Positions 29,130 through 39,694 of a stretch of DNA of 64,000 bases are shown here, in pieces. The stretch covers positions 17,991 through 81,990 of the forward strand of contig CAYWEJ010000001.1 in NCBI GenBank assembly GCA_964457465.1. The letters are read 5' to 3'. Origin of the DNA: an uncultured Gammaproteobacteria bacterium. GTDB taxonomy: Bacteria > Patescibacteriota > Microgenomatia > Levybacterales > UBA12049. The number at the start of each line of letters is the position of its first letter. Positions within the stretch are counted from its first letter, which is position 1. The notes beneath the pieces were generated by a model. The model had not been told where the DNA came from and searched no databases. It saw only the letters and a program-made list of their open reading frames with translations. The position numbers and the translations under genes were made by a program.

Positions 29130-30629
29130 TTAAATTTTTACAATTTTGACATCTCCAGACCCGTAAACCACCTGTTTTTGTGTAAGATGAAGCTCTTTCA
29201 ATGTAGCAAAGCTCTCTTTTAACAGTATGTGCGTGATATTATATTTTTTTGCTATCTCTTTAAGAGATAATCCTAAGATTGGATATATTTCCTGAATTTT
29301 CATGAGTCCTGGATTGTCAGCGTTAACTAACACCTGAGCTTTTGTATGGTATATTGTCATTGTTGTATTTTGATGTGGAATGCAGATGATTCGTAGTGGT
29401 GTTTTTTGTTTGTTGATATAATTAAAAACTTTTTTCATGTCGCTTGTAACACTTCTATTTCGATCTTTGATAACGCCTTTGACTTGAATGAAGACGATTA
29501 TCACTAAGTTTATAACGCACAACAAAATAAAAGAAATAATTGCAAGAGATCTGACTGGAGTTGGTAAGAAAGAATGAAAAATCCAGGAAGCTAATATTGC
29601 TGATGGAACAGTCGCCATTTCCATGTATCTTTGACCTTCACCTATGGGCATTAAATATTTTGTTTTAAGAACAACCACTCCAAGAAAATAAAAGAAGAGA
29701 ATCCAGATCCCAAACATGAATAGTATTGGTTCTACAGGGTAAAGTTTTAGCACAAAAAATCCTATAATAATAAATCCACTTATGCTCCAAGGATTAAGTC
29801 CAAAGAGAGCAATCGGTGAGAAAATAGAAAGAAACTTGTACAATCTATTGACGAAATCAGTTTTGGTTTCTTTTTTAACACTTCCTCTAACCTGATGAGA
29901 GAAACGGTAATCAAGGTTTTTAATCCAGAAATAGATGTTATATAGATGTCCTTTAAGGACACGTAGATAATATCCTTTTGTAAGAACAACTGCAAAAACA
30001 AAACCAAGAAGAAAACTCTGAATAAATATTGCAGTGTTAAAGAAAAAGGTAAAAAATATAGCCAAAAATAAAAATGATTGAATTGCAAAACGATGTGTTA
30101 AGAAGAGTATTGTGGTAAAAAATACTCCTATTACGTACCAATGGAATTGGCCATTATGAAAAAAAATAATCAATGGAAGCGTTGTTAGTGAAAAGATAAG
30201 ATATCCCAAAGAGCGAGGAGTTAAATAGCTATTTTCAATAGCAATCATTGGGGTCAATGTGTACATAACTTGTGCAGTGATTGCCAGCCAAAAATTATGA
30301 GTAAGAAAGAAAGCTGTATGAAATACGAGTAACACTTGTAAAGAATCAATGAACGGAGCAATGAAGCCCTGCAGGTTCAGGAGTGTTTTTTTAGGTAAAT
30401 ACGAAAGTATTGTTGGGAATACTGGAGGGTAGTCAAAATATCCATCAATAATAAATTGTCCTGTCAACTTATTTTTTGGAATCCTGTGATGACTTTTTCT
30501 AATATGATCTGTTTCAAGCAGTCTAGTCCAAACATCAACGCCAAATGATTTATTAAAAATTCTTGGATAAGACTGAAGAACAAAGCTAATAATTGGTATT
30601 ATGAATGGAATAAGAATATAGGTAAGCAT
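29130..30629 (-). CDS. polytopic membrane protein (GT-C-like candidate)
   Basis: 499 aa with many TM helices and a roughly 120-aa C-terminal soluble domain. Convergent with the GNAT gene, with only 9 nt between stops. Confidence 0.4.
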   Translation of the reverse strand: MLTYILIPFIIPIISFVLQSYPRIFNKSFGVDVWTRLLETDHIRKSHHRIPKNKLTGQFIIDGYFDYPPVFPTILSYLPKKTLLNLQGFIAPFIDSLQVLLVFHTAFFLTHNFWLAITAQVMYTLTPMIAIENSYLTPRSLGYLIFSLTTLPLIIFFHNGQFHWYVIGVFFTTILFLTHRFAIQSFLFLAIFFTFFFNTAIFIQSFLLGFVFAVVLTKGYYLRVLKGHLYNIYFWIKNLDYRFSHQVRGSVKKETKTDFVNRLYKFLSIFSPIALFGLNPWSISGFIIIGFFVLKLYPVEPILFMFGIWILFFYFLGVVVLKTKYLMPIGEGQRYMEMATVPSAILASWIFHSFLPTPVRSLAIISFILLCVINLVIIVFIQVKGVIKDRNRSVTSDMKKVFNYINKQKTPLRIICIPHQNTTMTIYHTKAQVLVNADNPGLMKIQEIYPILGLSLKEIAKKYNITHILLKESFATLKELHLTQKQVVYGSGDVKIVKI

Positions 30630-30670
30630 CTATAGTTCTGCGTCAAGGAGACATCTTAGATTTACATACA

Positions 30671-31630
30671 TTATGCATATGCTTCATTCTTCCATTGAAA
30701 TTTTTGAGCTAATAATAAAATTTCGTCTATACCCTTTTCAATTGAATATTTTGGCTCAAATCCAAGAATTTTTTTTGCAAGGGTGATATCAAGTTGTCCC
30801 CTAAAAACTTGAGTACTTGCAGGCTCCTTTACTTCGTAAGAAAACTTTGGAAAATATTTCTTTAATACTTCTGCAAATTCTTCAGCAGATCTTTCTTCTC
30901 CCATTGAAATATTAAATGTTTTATGCGATGCGCTATGAGACTCTATGCATAGATGAAATCCCCTTGCAACATCATCAACATAGGAAAAGTCCAGCATTTC
31001 ACCTTTTACAACCCACGCTGGTTTATTCTTAAATGCAGAATCTAAGAGCAACTGAGTAACTCTATTTGCACAGTCTGTGTATCCATAAACAGACGTAGGC
31101 CTGATAATCACCCACTCCTTTTTACTTAACTTAACAAAATACTCTCCTGCAGCTTTAGTTGCACCATAAGCGTTAATTGGTTCAAGAAGAACTTTTTCAC
31201 TTTGTGGAGTTTGTTTAAAGTGTCCATAAGTCATACTTGATGATGTGTATATCAGGCGACGAGCAGTCTGAGATTTTTCGAAAAGCTCAAGCACATTGAA
31301 TGTCCCATGCATGTTAATTGGGATCATTTCATTCTCGTGTTGTGGAAGTGGTCTGGCCATAGGCAACCCTGCTAGGTGAACAATAATTTCAGGTTTAAAA
31401 TCATCAAGTGCGTCTTGCAGTTCTTGCTTGTTTCTAATATCCCCTTTATAGTTTTTGGTAGGTTGTCGATAAAGGAGTTTTCTATGCTTGAGTGCAGTTT
31501 TATGATAATGTGGATTGTTAATAAATTGCAGTTTGCAATCGAAATCGGCCACTTCGTGCTCTGCCTCTACTAATCTATCAATCAATTTACTTCCTATAAA
31601 TCCTGAACCGCCTGTTACAAATATCTTCAT
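30671..31630 (-). CDS. NAD-dependent sugar epimerase/dehydratase (extended SDR)
   Basis: 'MKIFVTGGSGFIGSKL' and 'YGATKAAGE' (YxxxK), 319 aa. Confidence 0.7.
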   Translation of the reverse strand: MKIFVTGGSGFIGSKLIDRLVEAEHEVADFDCKLQFINNPHYHKTALKHRKLLYRQPTKNYKGDIRNKQELQDALDDFKPEIIVHLAGLPMARPLPQHENEMIPINMHGTFNVLELFEKSQTARRLIYTSSSMTYGHFKQTPQSEKVLLEPINAYGATKAAGEYFVKLSKKEWVIIRPTSVYGYTDCANRVTQLLLDSAFKNKPAWVVKGEMLDFSYVDDVARGFHLCIESHSASHKTFNISMGEERSAEEFAEVLKKYFPKFSYEVKEPASTQVFRGQLDITLAKKILGFEPKYSIEKGIDEILLLAQKFQWKNEAYA

Positions 31631-31638
31631 ACAGCCAC

Positions 31639-31666
31639 TTGTTTTTTAATATTCAAGTACTATAAA
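31639..31666 (+). promoter_or_regulatory. candidate promoter (TTGTTT - N16 - TATAAA) in the 44-bp divergent gap; its -10 ends about 8 nt before ATG 31675 (leaderless or near-leaderless)
   Basis: Read directly from the intergenic sequence 'cttgttttttaatattcaagtactataaactcaaaatATG'. Confidence 0.35.
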
Positions 31667-31674
31667 CTCAAAAT

Positions 31675-32376
31675 ATGAAAAATGCAAGAATGGAATTTAA
31701 TAAAAAAAGAGATAGTAACTCACTTGTTCCAGGACATCATTTTTTATTCAATTGGATTAAACCCTTTGTCAAAAAGAATACAAAAATTTTAGACATAGGA
31801 TGTTGGACTGGTCCTTTAGAAGAATTGTTTTCAAAAATAAATTGCCATGTAACAGGAATTGATATAGAAGACGAGCCTTTAAGTTTTGCAAGAAAAAAAT
31901 TCCCAAAATTTTCTTTTTTTAGATCATCAATTATAGATCCATTACCTTTTAAAAAAAAATCATTTGATATTGTTGCTTATTTTATGGTGATTGAGCATAT
32001 TCCAAAAGGTACTGAGTTAACTTCTTTAATTCAAATAAACAGAGTGTTAAAAAAATCAGGGATGTTATTTATGAATACTATGAATAATAATTTTATGTTT
32101 AATTTTTTTGACCCAGCATACTTCTTAGGCCATAGGCATTATTCTGAGAAAGAGTTAACAAAATTATTAAAAAAAGCAGGATTTTCTGTTAAGGAAATAA
32201 AGTATAATGGTGGTTTTTTTACAACCAGCTATATATTTTTGCTTTATTTTTTTAAACATGTTTTAAAAAGACCAGAACCTAGAAATAGAGTACTTGATAA
32301 ATTAATGGAGTTGGACTATAAAGATAGGGGATTTATTGAGATTGCAATCAGAGCAGAAAAAATAATTGATAAATGA
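31675..32376 (+). CDS. class I SAM-dependent methyltransferase
   Basis: 'ILDIGCWTGP' (motif I) and 'FDIVAYFMVIEHI'. Confidence 0.6.
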   Translation: MKNARMEFNKKRDSNSLVPGHHFLFNWIKPFVKKNTKILDIGCWTGPLEELFSKINCHVTGIDIEDEPLSFARKKFPKFSFFRSSIIDPLPFKKKSFDIVAYFMVIEHIPKGTELTSLIQINRVLKKSGMLFMNTMNNNFMFNFFDPAYFLGHRHYSEKELTKLLKKAGFSVKEIKYNGGFFTTSYIFLLYFFKHVLKRPEPRNRVLDKLMELDYKDRGFIEIAIRAEKIIDK

Positions 32377-33404
32377 AAAAAGTTTCTATAATTATTGTCA
32401 ATTGGAATGGTATCAATCATTTGAAAAAGTGTCTTCCCTCTTTAAATAAAATAACCTACAAAAACTACGAAGTAATCATTGTCGATAATGGGTCTCAAGA
32501 TGAATCTGTCAAGTATATTGAAAATAATTTTAAAAAAATCAAAATTGTAAAATGTAAAAAAAACTTAGGTTTTGCAGGAGGAAACAATAAGGGGTTGCCA
32601 CACGCAAGTGGAGATTTTATTCTTTTACTAAACAACGACACAATTGTTACAAAAAATTTTGTTACAGAACTTGTTGCTGAAATTAGCAAGGACGAAAAGA
32701 TAGGTGTTGTTCAAGGGAAATTAATATCAATGGAGCAAAATGAGAGACTTGATTCTGTAGGTGCATTTTTAACCAACACTGGATTTTTATATCACTATGG
32801 TTATTTGCAAAAAAACATCAAAAAATATGATAAATCAATTTATCTGTATACTGCAAAGGGTGCATGTATGCTAATAAGAAAAGAAGTAATTGAAAAAGTG
32901 GGTTTGTTTGACAATGATTTTTTTGCATATTTTGAGGAAACAGATTTTTGTCATAGAGTTTGGTTAGCTGGTTATAAAATTAAGTATGCTCCAAAGTCAG
33001 TTATCCAACATAAAATTGGCGGTACATCAAACACTATGAGAAGTGCATTTATTCAATTTCATTCATTCAAAAATAGAATAAATTCATACATTAAAAATTT
33101 AGGTGCTATTGAACTGATTATCATTCTACCTCAACATCTACTGCTCTGTGAGTTGGCTGCATTTTCATTCTTATTATTGAGAAAACCCGGGCATTTCTTG
33201 GCAATTAACAAAGCTATTTTTTGGAACCTACAAAATATGTCTTCAACTCTTCGTAAGAGGGAGCACGTTCAAAAAAGAATAAGACTAAAAACAGATAGAG
33301 AAATTATGAGAATAATTAAAAAAGGTGGTACATTGAAGTATTATTATTACCTATTTGCAAAAAGTCTTGTTGGTTATACTGAAGAAAAAACAATCCTAGC
33401 ATAA
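32373..33404 (+). CDS. GT2 family glycosyltransferase
   Basis: 'VSIIIVNWNG', 'IIVDNGSQDES' and 'FEETDFCHR'. Confidence 0.7.
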   Translation: MKKVSIIIVNWNGINHLKKCLPSLNKITYKNYEVIIVDNGSQDESVKYIENNFKKIKIVKCKKNLGFAGGNNKGLPHASGDFILLLNNDTIVTKNFVTELVAEISKDEKIGVVQGKLISMEQNERLDSVGAFLTNTGFLYHYGYLQKNIKKYDKSIYLYTAKGACMLIRKEVIEKVGLFDNDFFAYFEETDFCHRVWLAGYKIKYAPKSVIQHKIGGTSNTMRSAFIQFHSFKNRINSYIKNLGAIELIIILPQHLLLCELAAFSFLLLRKPGHFLAINKAIFWNLQNMSSTLRKREHVQKRIRLKTDREIMRIIKKGGTLKYYYYLFAKSLVGYTEEKTILA

Positions 33405-33407
33405 TTC

Positions 33408-35624
33408 ATGATTACACCAAATTTTGAATTTAATGCAAGAAAGTTTTCAAAAAAGATTTTATTTAGAATTGACACTCTAGTTTTATTTTCCCTTTTTCTC
33501 CTTGTTGCATTTTTTTATAGGAAAGCATTTTTAGGTTATTTTCAGGGTGATGAATGGTATTATTTTTCTCAGTACTTGCCACTGACAAAAAATGGTGGTG
33601 GATTATTTGGAGCAATCTCAAAAAGCATATTTTCTTTTGGAGAAATTTCAGGAGGTGGTCACTTAACTCCTGTCTATTCAGCAATCTGGTATATTCATAA
33701 TAAGTTCTTTGGTCTACATGCGAATTTGTATATTGTTGCAAGTTTAATTGTACACGCGTTAAATAGTTTCCTCATTTATTTAATTGTAAAAAAGTTTTGT
33801 AAAAATTTTATAATAGCTTTTTTATCTGGGTTTTTCTTTGCATGTTCATATCAGCATTTTCAAGCGGTGACATGGATTATGGCATATGTTCCTACTGTAT
33901 ACTCGGTACTTTTTTCTCTTTTATCGTTATATTTCTTGCAGTGGTATTGCTATAAATCGAATGTAATATATATTCTTTTAACTTTTACTTTTCTAGTTCT
34001 TGCTTTACTAACAAAAGAAACCGCATTTATTATTCTTGTTGTGAGTCCAATCGTTGTCTACTTCCTTAAAAGGAAATTTTTTAAAAAAGTAGTTTTATTT
34101 AATGTATTAACAGCAATTTCGTATATAGCTTTTCGTTTCGGTATGCCTGCTGTTCTTCATGAAAATTCTTCTCAAAATTTTTTAAGTGTTTATACTCCAC
34201 AGTTGTTTATTTTTAGGTTGTTTACATATCCAGTTAGACTTCTTGTAGAGATGTACATTCCACAAGAGTTTGTTCTTAGACTTATTGAATATATTACTCC
34301 ACTGGGTTATCCAACGTATGGCGCAGAAAAGCTTGTAAGAGGAATAAATTTTTTAACATTTACTCAAGGACCTGGAAGTGACCTTTTTATATATCCTGCA
34401 GGAGTGTTCTTTGTGCTAATAATCTTATTATTACTGTTCTCACAAAGAAGAAAAAAAAATATATACAACCTTGTATTTATCGGTCTTGCAATAATATTTT
34501 TATCAGCGCTACCCCTTCTTCTCATTGCTTTGTATGCACCAGGATGGGCTTATGTTACATTTATTGATTCGAGGCATTTATATTTTCCATCAATAGGAGG
34601 ATCAATGATTTTTGCTGCTCTGGTTTATAGCATAACGAAATATATTAAAAAATATATTGATAGCAATATGCTATTTTATATCTGGTTTGTGTTGATCGCT
34701 TTATGGATATACGCGCAATATTTCTTATTTCAGACCCAACTAAGCAAAGAGCTTCTTACAGGACAGCAAAGAAAAACAGTAATAAGTAAAATATTGACTT
34801 CTGTCCCAGAGATTAGGAAGGATGCATTCTTTTTAGTTCAGAGCAACACAGGCTATTATGGCTTTGGTCCAATACCACCATTCCAAACAAATCTTAGTCA
34901 AATTTTGGCTATACAGTATTTTGCTTTAAAGCAGCTGCCACAGGAATTTTTAACTGACTATAGTATTACCTCAAAAGGTTTGTCAGGTGAGGGAATACTA
35001 AAACATAATGATAGGCAGTTTGGATTTTTTATTAACCAATCAACATTAATAAACAAGCTACTTGATCAAAAAATATCAAAAAATGATATTTACGCTTTTT
35101 CGTGGGATGGAAATGCAAATTCAATCAGTGATATTTCAGAGGATATAAGAAATAAATTTAATATGGCTAAAAGTCGCTATGATAAATATCATTCATGGGA
35201 TAGAATTTATCTATCAAAGTCAAATATTAGAATGATGGTTCCAAGAAGTTTTGTTATCAGTAAGCCTTTACTCGAAACTAATCAGCAAGATAATCTTATG
35301 TTAAGCTTAGGCCCTGAGAGGTACCAAATAATAGTTTGGAAGAAGACAGTTAATAAGGGTATCTTTGAAGATATAGCATTTTTGAATAATAGTGATGGTG
35401 AAGAAATAGGAGAGAATTTTTATTACCGTGACATTGAGCGTATTGATGGTGAAAAAATTATTTCTAGGATGTCTTTAAAAGGTAGTTCAATGCAATATTT
35501 TTTGCCAACAATAAGCTCAGGATATATCGTGGAAGTTCGAGTTCTTGATAAGAGTAGCATCCTTAATGGGCATGATGATTTTGCTGAAGATTTAATTAGG
35601 CTTTTCTCAAACATTGATGAGTAA
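33408..35624 (+). CDS. polytopic membrane protein (GT-C-like candidate) with a large C-terminal extracytoplasmic domain
   Basis: 738 aa. The first loop has 'FQGDEWYYFSQY', followed by about 11 TM helices and a roughly 300-aa hydrophilic C-terminus. Confidence 0.4.
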   Translation: MITPNFEFNARKFSKKILFRIDTLVLFSLFLLVAFFYRKAFLGYFQGDEWYYFSQYLPLTKNGGGLFGAISKSIFSFGEISGGGHLTPVYSAIWYIHNKFFGLHANLYIVASLIVHALNSFLIYLIVKKFCKNFIIAFLSGFFFACSYQHFQAVTWIMAYVPTVYSVLFSLLSLYFLQWYCYKSNVIYILLTFTFLVLALLTKETAFIILVVSPIVVYFLKRKFFKKVVLFNVLTAISYIAFRFGMPAVLHENSSQNFLSVYTPQLFIFRLFTYPVRLLVEMYIPQEFVLRLIEYITPLGYPTYGAEKLVRGINFLTFTQGPGSDLFIYPAGVFFVLIILLLLFSQRRKKNIYNLVFIGLAIIFLSALPLLLIALYAPGWAYVTFIDSRHLYFPSIGGSMIFAALVYSITKYIKKYIDSNMLFYIWFVLIALWIYAQYFLFQTQLSKELLTGQQRKTVISKILTSVPEIRKDAFFLVQSNTGYYGFGPIPPFQTNLSQILAIQYFALKQLPQEFLTDYSITSKGLSGEGILKHNDRQFGFFINQSTLINKLLDQKISKNDIYAFSWDGNANSISDISEDIRNKFNMAKSRYDKYHSWDRIYLSKSNIRMMVPRSFVISKPLLETNQQDNLMLSLGPERYQIIVWKKTVNKGIFEDIAFLNNSDGEEIGENFYYRDIERIDGEKIISRMSLKGSSMQYFLPTISSGYIVEVRVLDKSSILNGHDDFAEDLIRLFSNIDE

Positions 35625-35675
35625 ATAGTAAATTAATTATCTAAAAATGAATCTAAAAAGGTATACTATAATTAT

Positions 35676-36347
35676 ATGAAAAAATTTGAAAAAAATTATT
35701 TTTCAGGATGGTATAAAGGTGCGGTCGGTGATTTTACAGTTAGTGATCTAAACAGATCAAAAAATTGGTTTTGGGCATGGCTTAAAAAATTAGATACTTA
35801 CGTACATGTTCAGCAAGGAAAGAATAGGGATGTGCTGGAAGTTGGTTGTTCAATTGGGGCAGTTGCTTCCCTTCTTAGTGAGAGAGGTTTTAATGTTTGG
35901 GCCTCGGATGTATCTAGATATGCTGTTAGCAAGGCGAAAAAATTAACGCCTAAAGCGCACTTCTTGACAATTGATATTCAGAAGAAGTTAAACATCAAAA
36001 AAAAGTTTAACATTATTATAGCCTTTGAGGTTGTAGAGCATTTAGAAAAACCACAGTTAGGCATTAATAATATTTTTGCAGGATTGAAGAGAGGTGGTGT
36101 TGCCGTTATTTCAACGCCATATCCATACAAGTGGAATTTCCGAGACCCTACTCATATAAATGTAAAATATCCAGATGAATGGGTGAGCATGATGAGGAAG
36201 GCTGGGTTTGTCAATGTAAAGTATTATAGGTTTACACTACTACCGTTCTTCTACCGTTTTAATAGACACTTTCAAATTATCATACCTTTTGCAATCCCAT
36301 TACCTTATGTTAACAGCCCAATATTTTTTATTGGGTACAAAAAATGA
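35676..36347 (+). CDS. class I SAM-dependent methyltransferase
   Basis: 'VLEVGCSIGAVAS' and 'IIIAFEVVEHL'. Confidence 0.6.
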   Translation: MKKFEKNYFSGWYKGAVGDFTVSDLNRSKNWFWAWLKKLDTYVHVQQGKNRDVLEVGCSIGAVASLLSERGFNVWASDVSRYAVSKAKKLTPKAHFLTIDIQKKLNIKKKFNIIIAFEVVEHLEKPQLGINNIFAGLKRGGVAVISTPYPYKWNFRDPTHINVKYPDEWVSMMRKAGFVNVKYYRFTLLPFFYRFNRHFQIIIPFAIPLPYVNSPIFFIGYKK

Positions 36348-39300
36348 TTAAAAAATTATTTTCTATTAAGAACATAGAGATTCTATTTATCCTGATAATA
36401 GGACTTGCTCCTCTTTTATGGTTTTCTTATTCTCAGGTTATTTTAGGCCATGATGCTGGCCTCCCAATAGATCCTCAAAATCATTTTCAAGATCGACTTT
36501 TTGCATGGACTGAAAGATATGCATTTGGATCTGACCAGACATATGCGTTACCTGGATTTTTTATTCATGGGTTTGAAGCTCTAGTTTCATCTATTGGCTT
36601 TTCATTATTTTGGGAACAAAAAATTACTTTTATTTTTTGGTTTTTAATTCCAGGGGTAACGATGTATTTCTTGGGAAGATACCTTGAGAAGAAATTTTCG
36701 ATATCCCACCTTGCCTTTCCAGCTACTGTTTTATATATGTATAATCATTTTTTACTTCAAGGTTGGTTTGTTGCTGAGAGAACAAAATTTTCCCTGTATG
36801 CAGCTCTCCCTCTACTGTTGTTAATTCTTTTTAAGTGGCAAGAGAAAAATATAGGCACTCTTAAATCTAGTATATATATTTCACTTTTGTTTTTTATTTT
36901 AAACGGTATGGCGAGCTTGCCTCTTTTTGGAGGTATATTCGTTTGCTTGATTGTGTATGTAATTTTTTATTTCTTAGAAAATTTAACCATTAAAGGACTT
37001 CTAGACTTACTACAATTAATTATTTTTACTGGAATAATAAGTGTGCTCTTGCAGTCATATTGGTTGATTTCCTATGCAGACTATTTACTTGGTTCATATT
37101 CTCAGTCTGTAGTTTTTTTTGGAGGGTTTGATGGTGTCATAAGTTGGGTTAAATATATCAGTGAGAACACATCACTTATTAATTTGTTAAGACTACAGGG
37201 GATTCCGGAGTGGTATCAAAACCCTTTGCACCCATACGCTAAAGATTATCTTAACAATGTGTTTTTCATTGGTGTTAGCATGGTTTTTCCAATACTTGCT
37301 TTTTTGCCTTTAGTTCTCTTTAAGGCTAAAAAAATTAAAAAATATGTATTGTTTTTTTCTTTCCTCGCTCTTTTTTCTATGATCTTTATTGGTGGTTCAC
37401 ATCCTCCATTCGGTGGGCTCTATCTTTTGTTCATAAAAATTATTCCTGGATTCTTAGCATTTAGAACTCCATTCTATAAATTTTCTCCAGCTTTATGGAT
37501 TTCTTATTCAATACTAATCGGTTTAAGTATAAGTTATTTTACAGTTTTTTTGAAAAAAAGATCTGTAAATGTCTCTTATCTTTTTTATTTTCTCTTTGCC
37601 GTATGTGTTATCTTTTATAGTTATCCTTTTTTAACAGGGAGCTTTTTTGATTACATGAAAAATGTTAGGACAATGAGGACCAATTTGCCACATTATGTTC
37701 TCGATTTTTCAAAATGGACGCAATCTCCTGAAAATAGTAATAAAAGAATATTGATGCTACCAGCTCCTAATCCAGATAGTAAGATTGAGGCATATACATG
37801 GGGCTACTGGAGCCTTGCACCCTTAAGCACATTATATTCCAACGCATCAATTATTAATGATAGTCACTACTTCAGTGATAACGAAAAAATGATCCTTCAA
37901 GATATGTTTGAGGCAATTCGAAAAAATGATCCTTCATGGACAAAATTTATAAAAATTTTAGGAATAGATTCTGTAGTTGTCAGGAAAGATTTTGCCTGGA
38001 ATCTTCCTGACTCTCCGACACAGTCTCCTGATGCCTATATTCAAGCTTTGCATAAAAGCAAGATTAAAAAAACGAAGTCTTTTGGAGAATGGGATCTATA
38101 TACAATATCTGAGACTTCGGGTGAAAAAATAAATTCATCATCAAAAGTTCATTATTTTGACGGCTCAGGGAAAGACATAGGTAAATTGATAGAAGTACCG
38201 GGTTTTGATGTGAGCATACCTATCTATGCGTCGTCGGACCCTTCAGATAATCAAGATAAGGTATTTAATGCAAGCGCGGACTACATTATTCATCCAGCTT
38301 GTCTTATGTGTGACCTTCAATATAAATATATTGACCCTGCAAAATATTCTTCGCTAATAACAAGGGATTCACTATTTTATCAGTACACAAAGCAGAAAAA
38401 TAGCATAGATATGAATAATCAGGACATGGTTACTGTTTTTTATCAGATATACAGAGAATATTTGCAGTTTTCAAGGCTAATAATTGAAGATAAAGATCAA
38501 CAGTTAATCATTGACAGTGGGAAAGATATGGAGAAAATGATTCAGTTGGCTCAAGAAAAGTTGTCATCAGCGATTAGTGATAGAAAACTACCCAATGAGT
38601 ATGAGCTAAATGATCTCGTTAGTGTTATGAGATCGGTTCAAATGGGCCTTGCGAAAAATATAAAAGATGTATCTGGACGATATAATGATTATCAGGTTTT
38701 TAGCATTATTCAGTCAAACATTGATTCCGTGATTAGTGCTAAGACAAGACTGATTGGTCTTATTGGACTTACGAGCAATAAGGCTTCAAAAAGTTTTATA
38801 GTTAACTCAAAAATAAGTGGGAAGTTCGATCTTTTTTATAAATTAAACGATCAGGTTGCAAAGAGCAAAATTCAAATAAAAATAAATGGTGTAAATAGTG
38901 AGATCAGCCAGATTGACCCTGCTAAGGATTGGTATACACAAAAAAATATACTGTTATCTAGGGGTAAAAACACTCTAGAGGTCTTTCAGTCGTCAATTGA
39001 TTTCTATGAGGGGGATAGAGAACATCTTGTAGTAGCTAAACCATCAGGAGGGTGCTTTATTTCAAAAACAATCTCTGGAAATGTGGGTGATGTTGTAAAG
39101 ACATCTTTTCTCTATAAAACAATTCAAGGCGATCAGTCATTTTATGTTAAATTTATTAAGGAAAAAGATAAGAGGAATTATCTTGATTCTGAAGATGAAC
39201 TTAGGCCTGCTGCTGTGAATATTCAATACACAAACCTTTTCGTTCTTCAAACGCATGAACCTTATGTTTTAGAGATTTGCAACAGACCATTTGCTAATCC

Positions 39301-39694
39301 TGATACAGATTTTGTAACAACGCTTCAAGTTGAAGACTTTTCCTTAATTAGGTTAGTAAGCCCTGAGGCATTTTTTGTTAGTCAACTTTCAAAAGGCAAC
39401 AGCTCAACAGTGGTGTATGAGAGAAAAGATCAGACAAAATATGAAGTTTCTTCAATTACTGGTAATGACATCCTCATCTTAAATGATTCTTACAGTCCAA
39501 GATGGAAAACAGATTTTCCAACGAGTATTCATTTTATGGCAAATGGCTACAGTAATGCATGGCTTGTGGAAGGGAGCAAATCAGGGGCTGTGTCGTATTC
39601 TCCACAAAGAACTGTTTTAATTGGTTTTTTGATTTCATCAGTCACGCTTTTAGTGGTAACATCATATGTATTACTTCGTAAAAAGAAAAAATGA
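36344..39694 (+). CDS. very large YfhO/AftD-like membrane protein (1116 aa): N-terminal polytopic region, large extracytoplasmic domain, C-terminal TM anchor
   Basis: About 13 TM helices in the first ~430 aa. The C-terminus carries 'LILNDSYSPRWKTDF...' (shared YfhO-like motif) and then the TM anchor 'LIGFLISSVTLLVVTSYVLL'. Confidence 0.45.
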   Translation: MIKKLFSIKNIEILFILIIGLAPLLWFSYSQVILGHDAGLPIDPQNHFQDRLFAWTERYAFGSDQTYALPGFFIHGFEALVSSIGFSLFWEQKITFIFWFLIPGVTMYFLGRYLEKKFSISHLAFPATVLYMYNHFLLQGWFVAERTKFSLYAALPLLLLILFKWQEKNIGTLKSSIYISLLFFILNGMASLPLFGGIFVCLIVYVIFYFLENLTIKGLLDLLQLIIFTGIISVLLQSYWLISYADYLLGSYSQSVVFFGGFDGVISWVKYISENTSLINLLRLQGIPEWYQNPLHPYAKDYLNNVFFIGVSMVFPILAFLPLVLFKAKKIKKYVLFFSFLALFSMIFIGGSHPPFGGLYLLFIKIIPGFLAFRTPFYKFSPALWISYSILIGLSISYFTVFLKKRSVNVSYLFYFLFAVCVIFYSYPFLTGSFFDYMKNVRTMRTNLPHYVLDFSKWTQSPENSNKRILMLPAPNPDSKIEAYTWGYWSLAPLSTLYSNASIINDSHYFSDNEKMILQDMFEAIRKNDPSWTKFIKILGIDSVVVRKDFAWNLPDSPTQSPDAYIQALHKSKIKKTKSFGEWDLYTISETSGEKINSSSKVHYFDGSGKDIGKLIEVPGFDVSIPIYASSDPSDNQDKVFNASADYIIHPACLMCDLQYKYIDPAKYSSLITRDSLFYQYTKQKNSIDMNNQDMVTVFYQIYREYLQFSRLIIEDKDQQLIIDSGKDMEKMIQLAQEKLSSAISDRKLPNEYELNDLVSVMRSVQMGLAKNIKDVSGRYNDYQVFSIIQSNIDSVISAKTRLIGLIGLTSNKASKSFIVNSKISGKFDLFYKLNDQVAKSKIQIKINGVNSEISQIDPAKDWYTQKNILLSRGKNTLEVFQSSIDFYEGDREHLVVAKPSGGCFISKTISGNVGDVVKTSFLYKTIQGDQSFYVKFIKEKDKRNYLDSEDELRPAAVNIQYTNLFVLQTHEPYVLEICNRPFANPDTDFVTTLQVEDFSLIRLVSPEAFFVSQLSKGNSSTVVYERKDQTKYEVSSITGNDILILNDSYSPRWKTDFPTSIHFMANGYSNAWLVEGSKSGAVSYSPQRTVLIGFLISSVTLLVVTSYVLLRKKKK

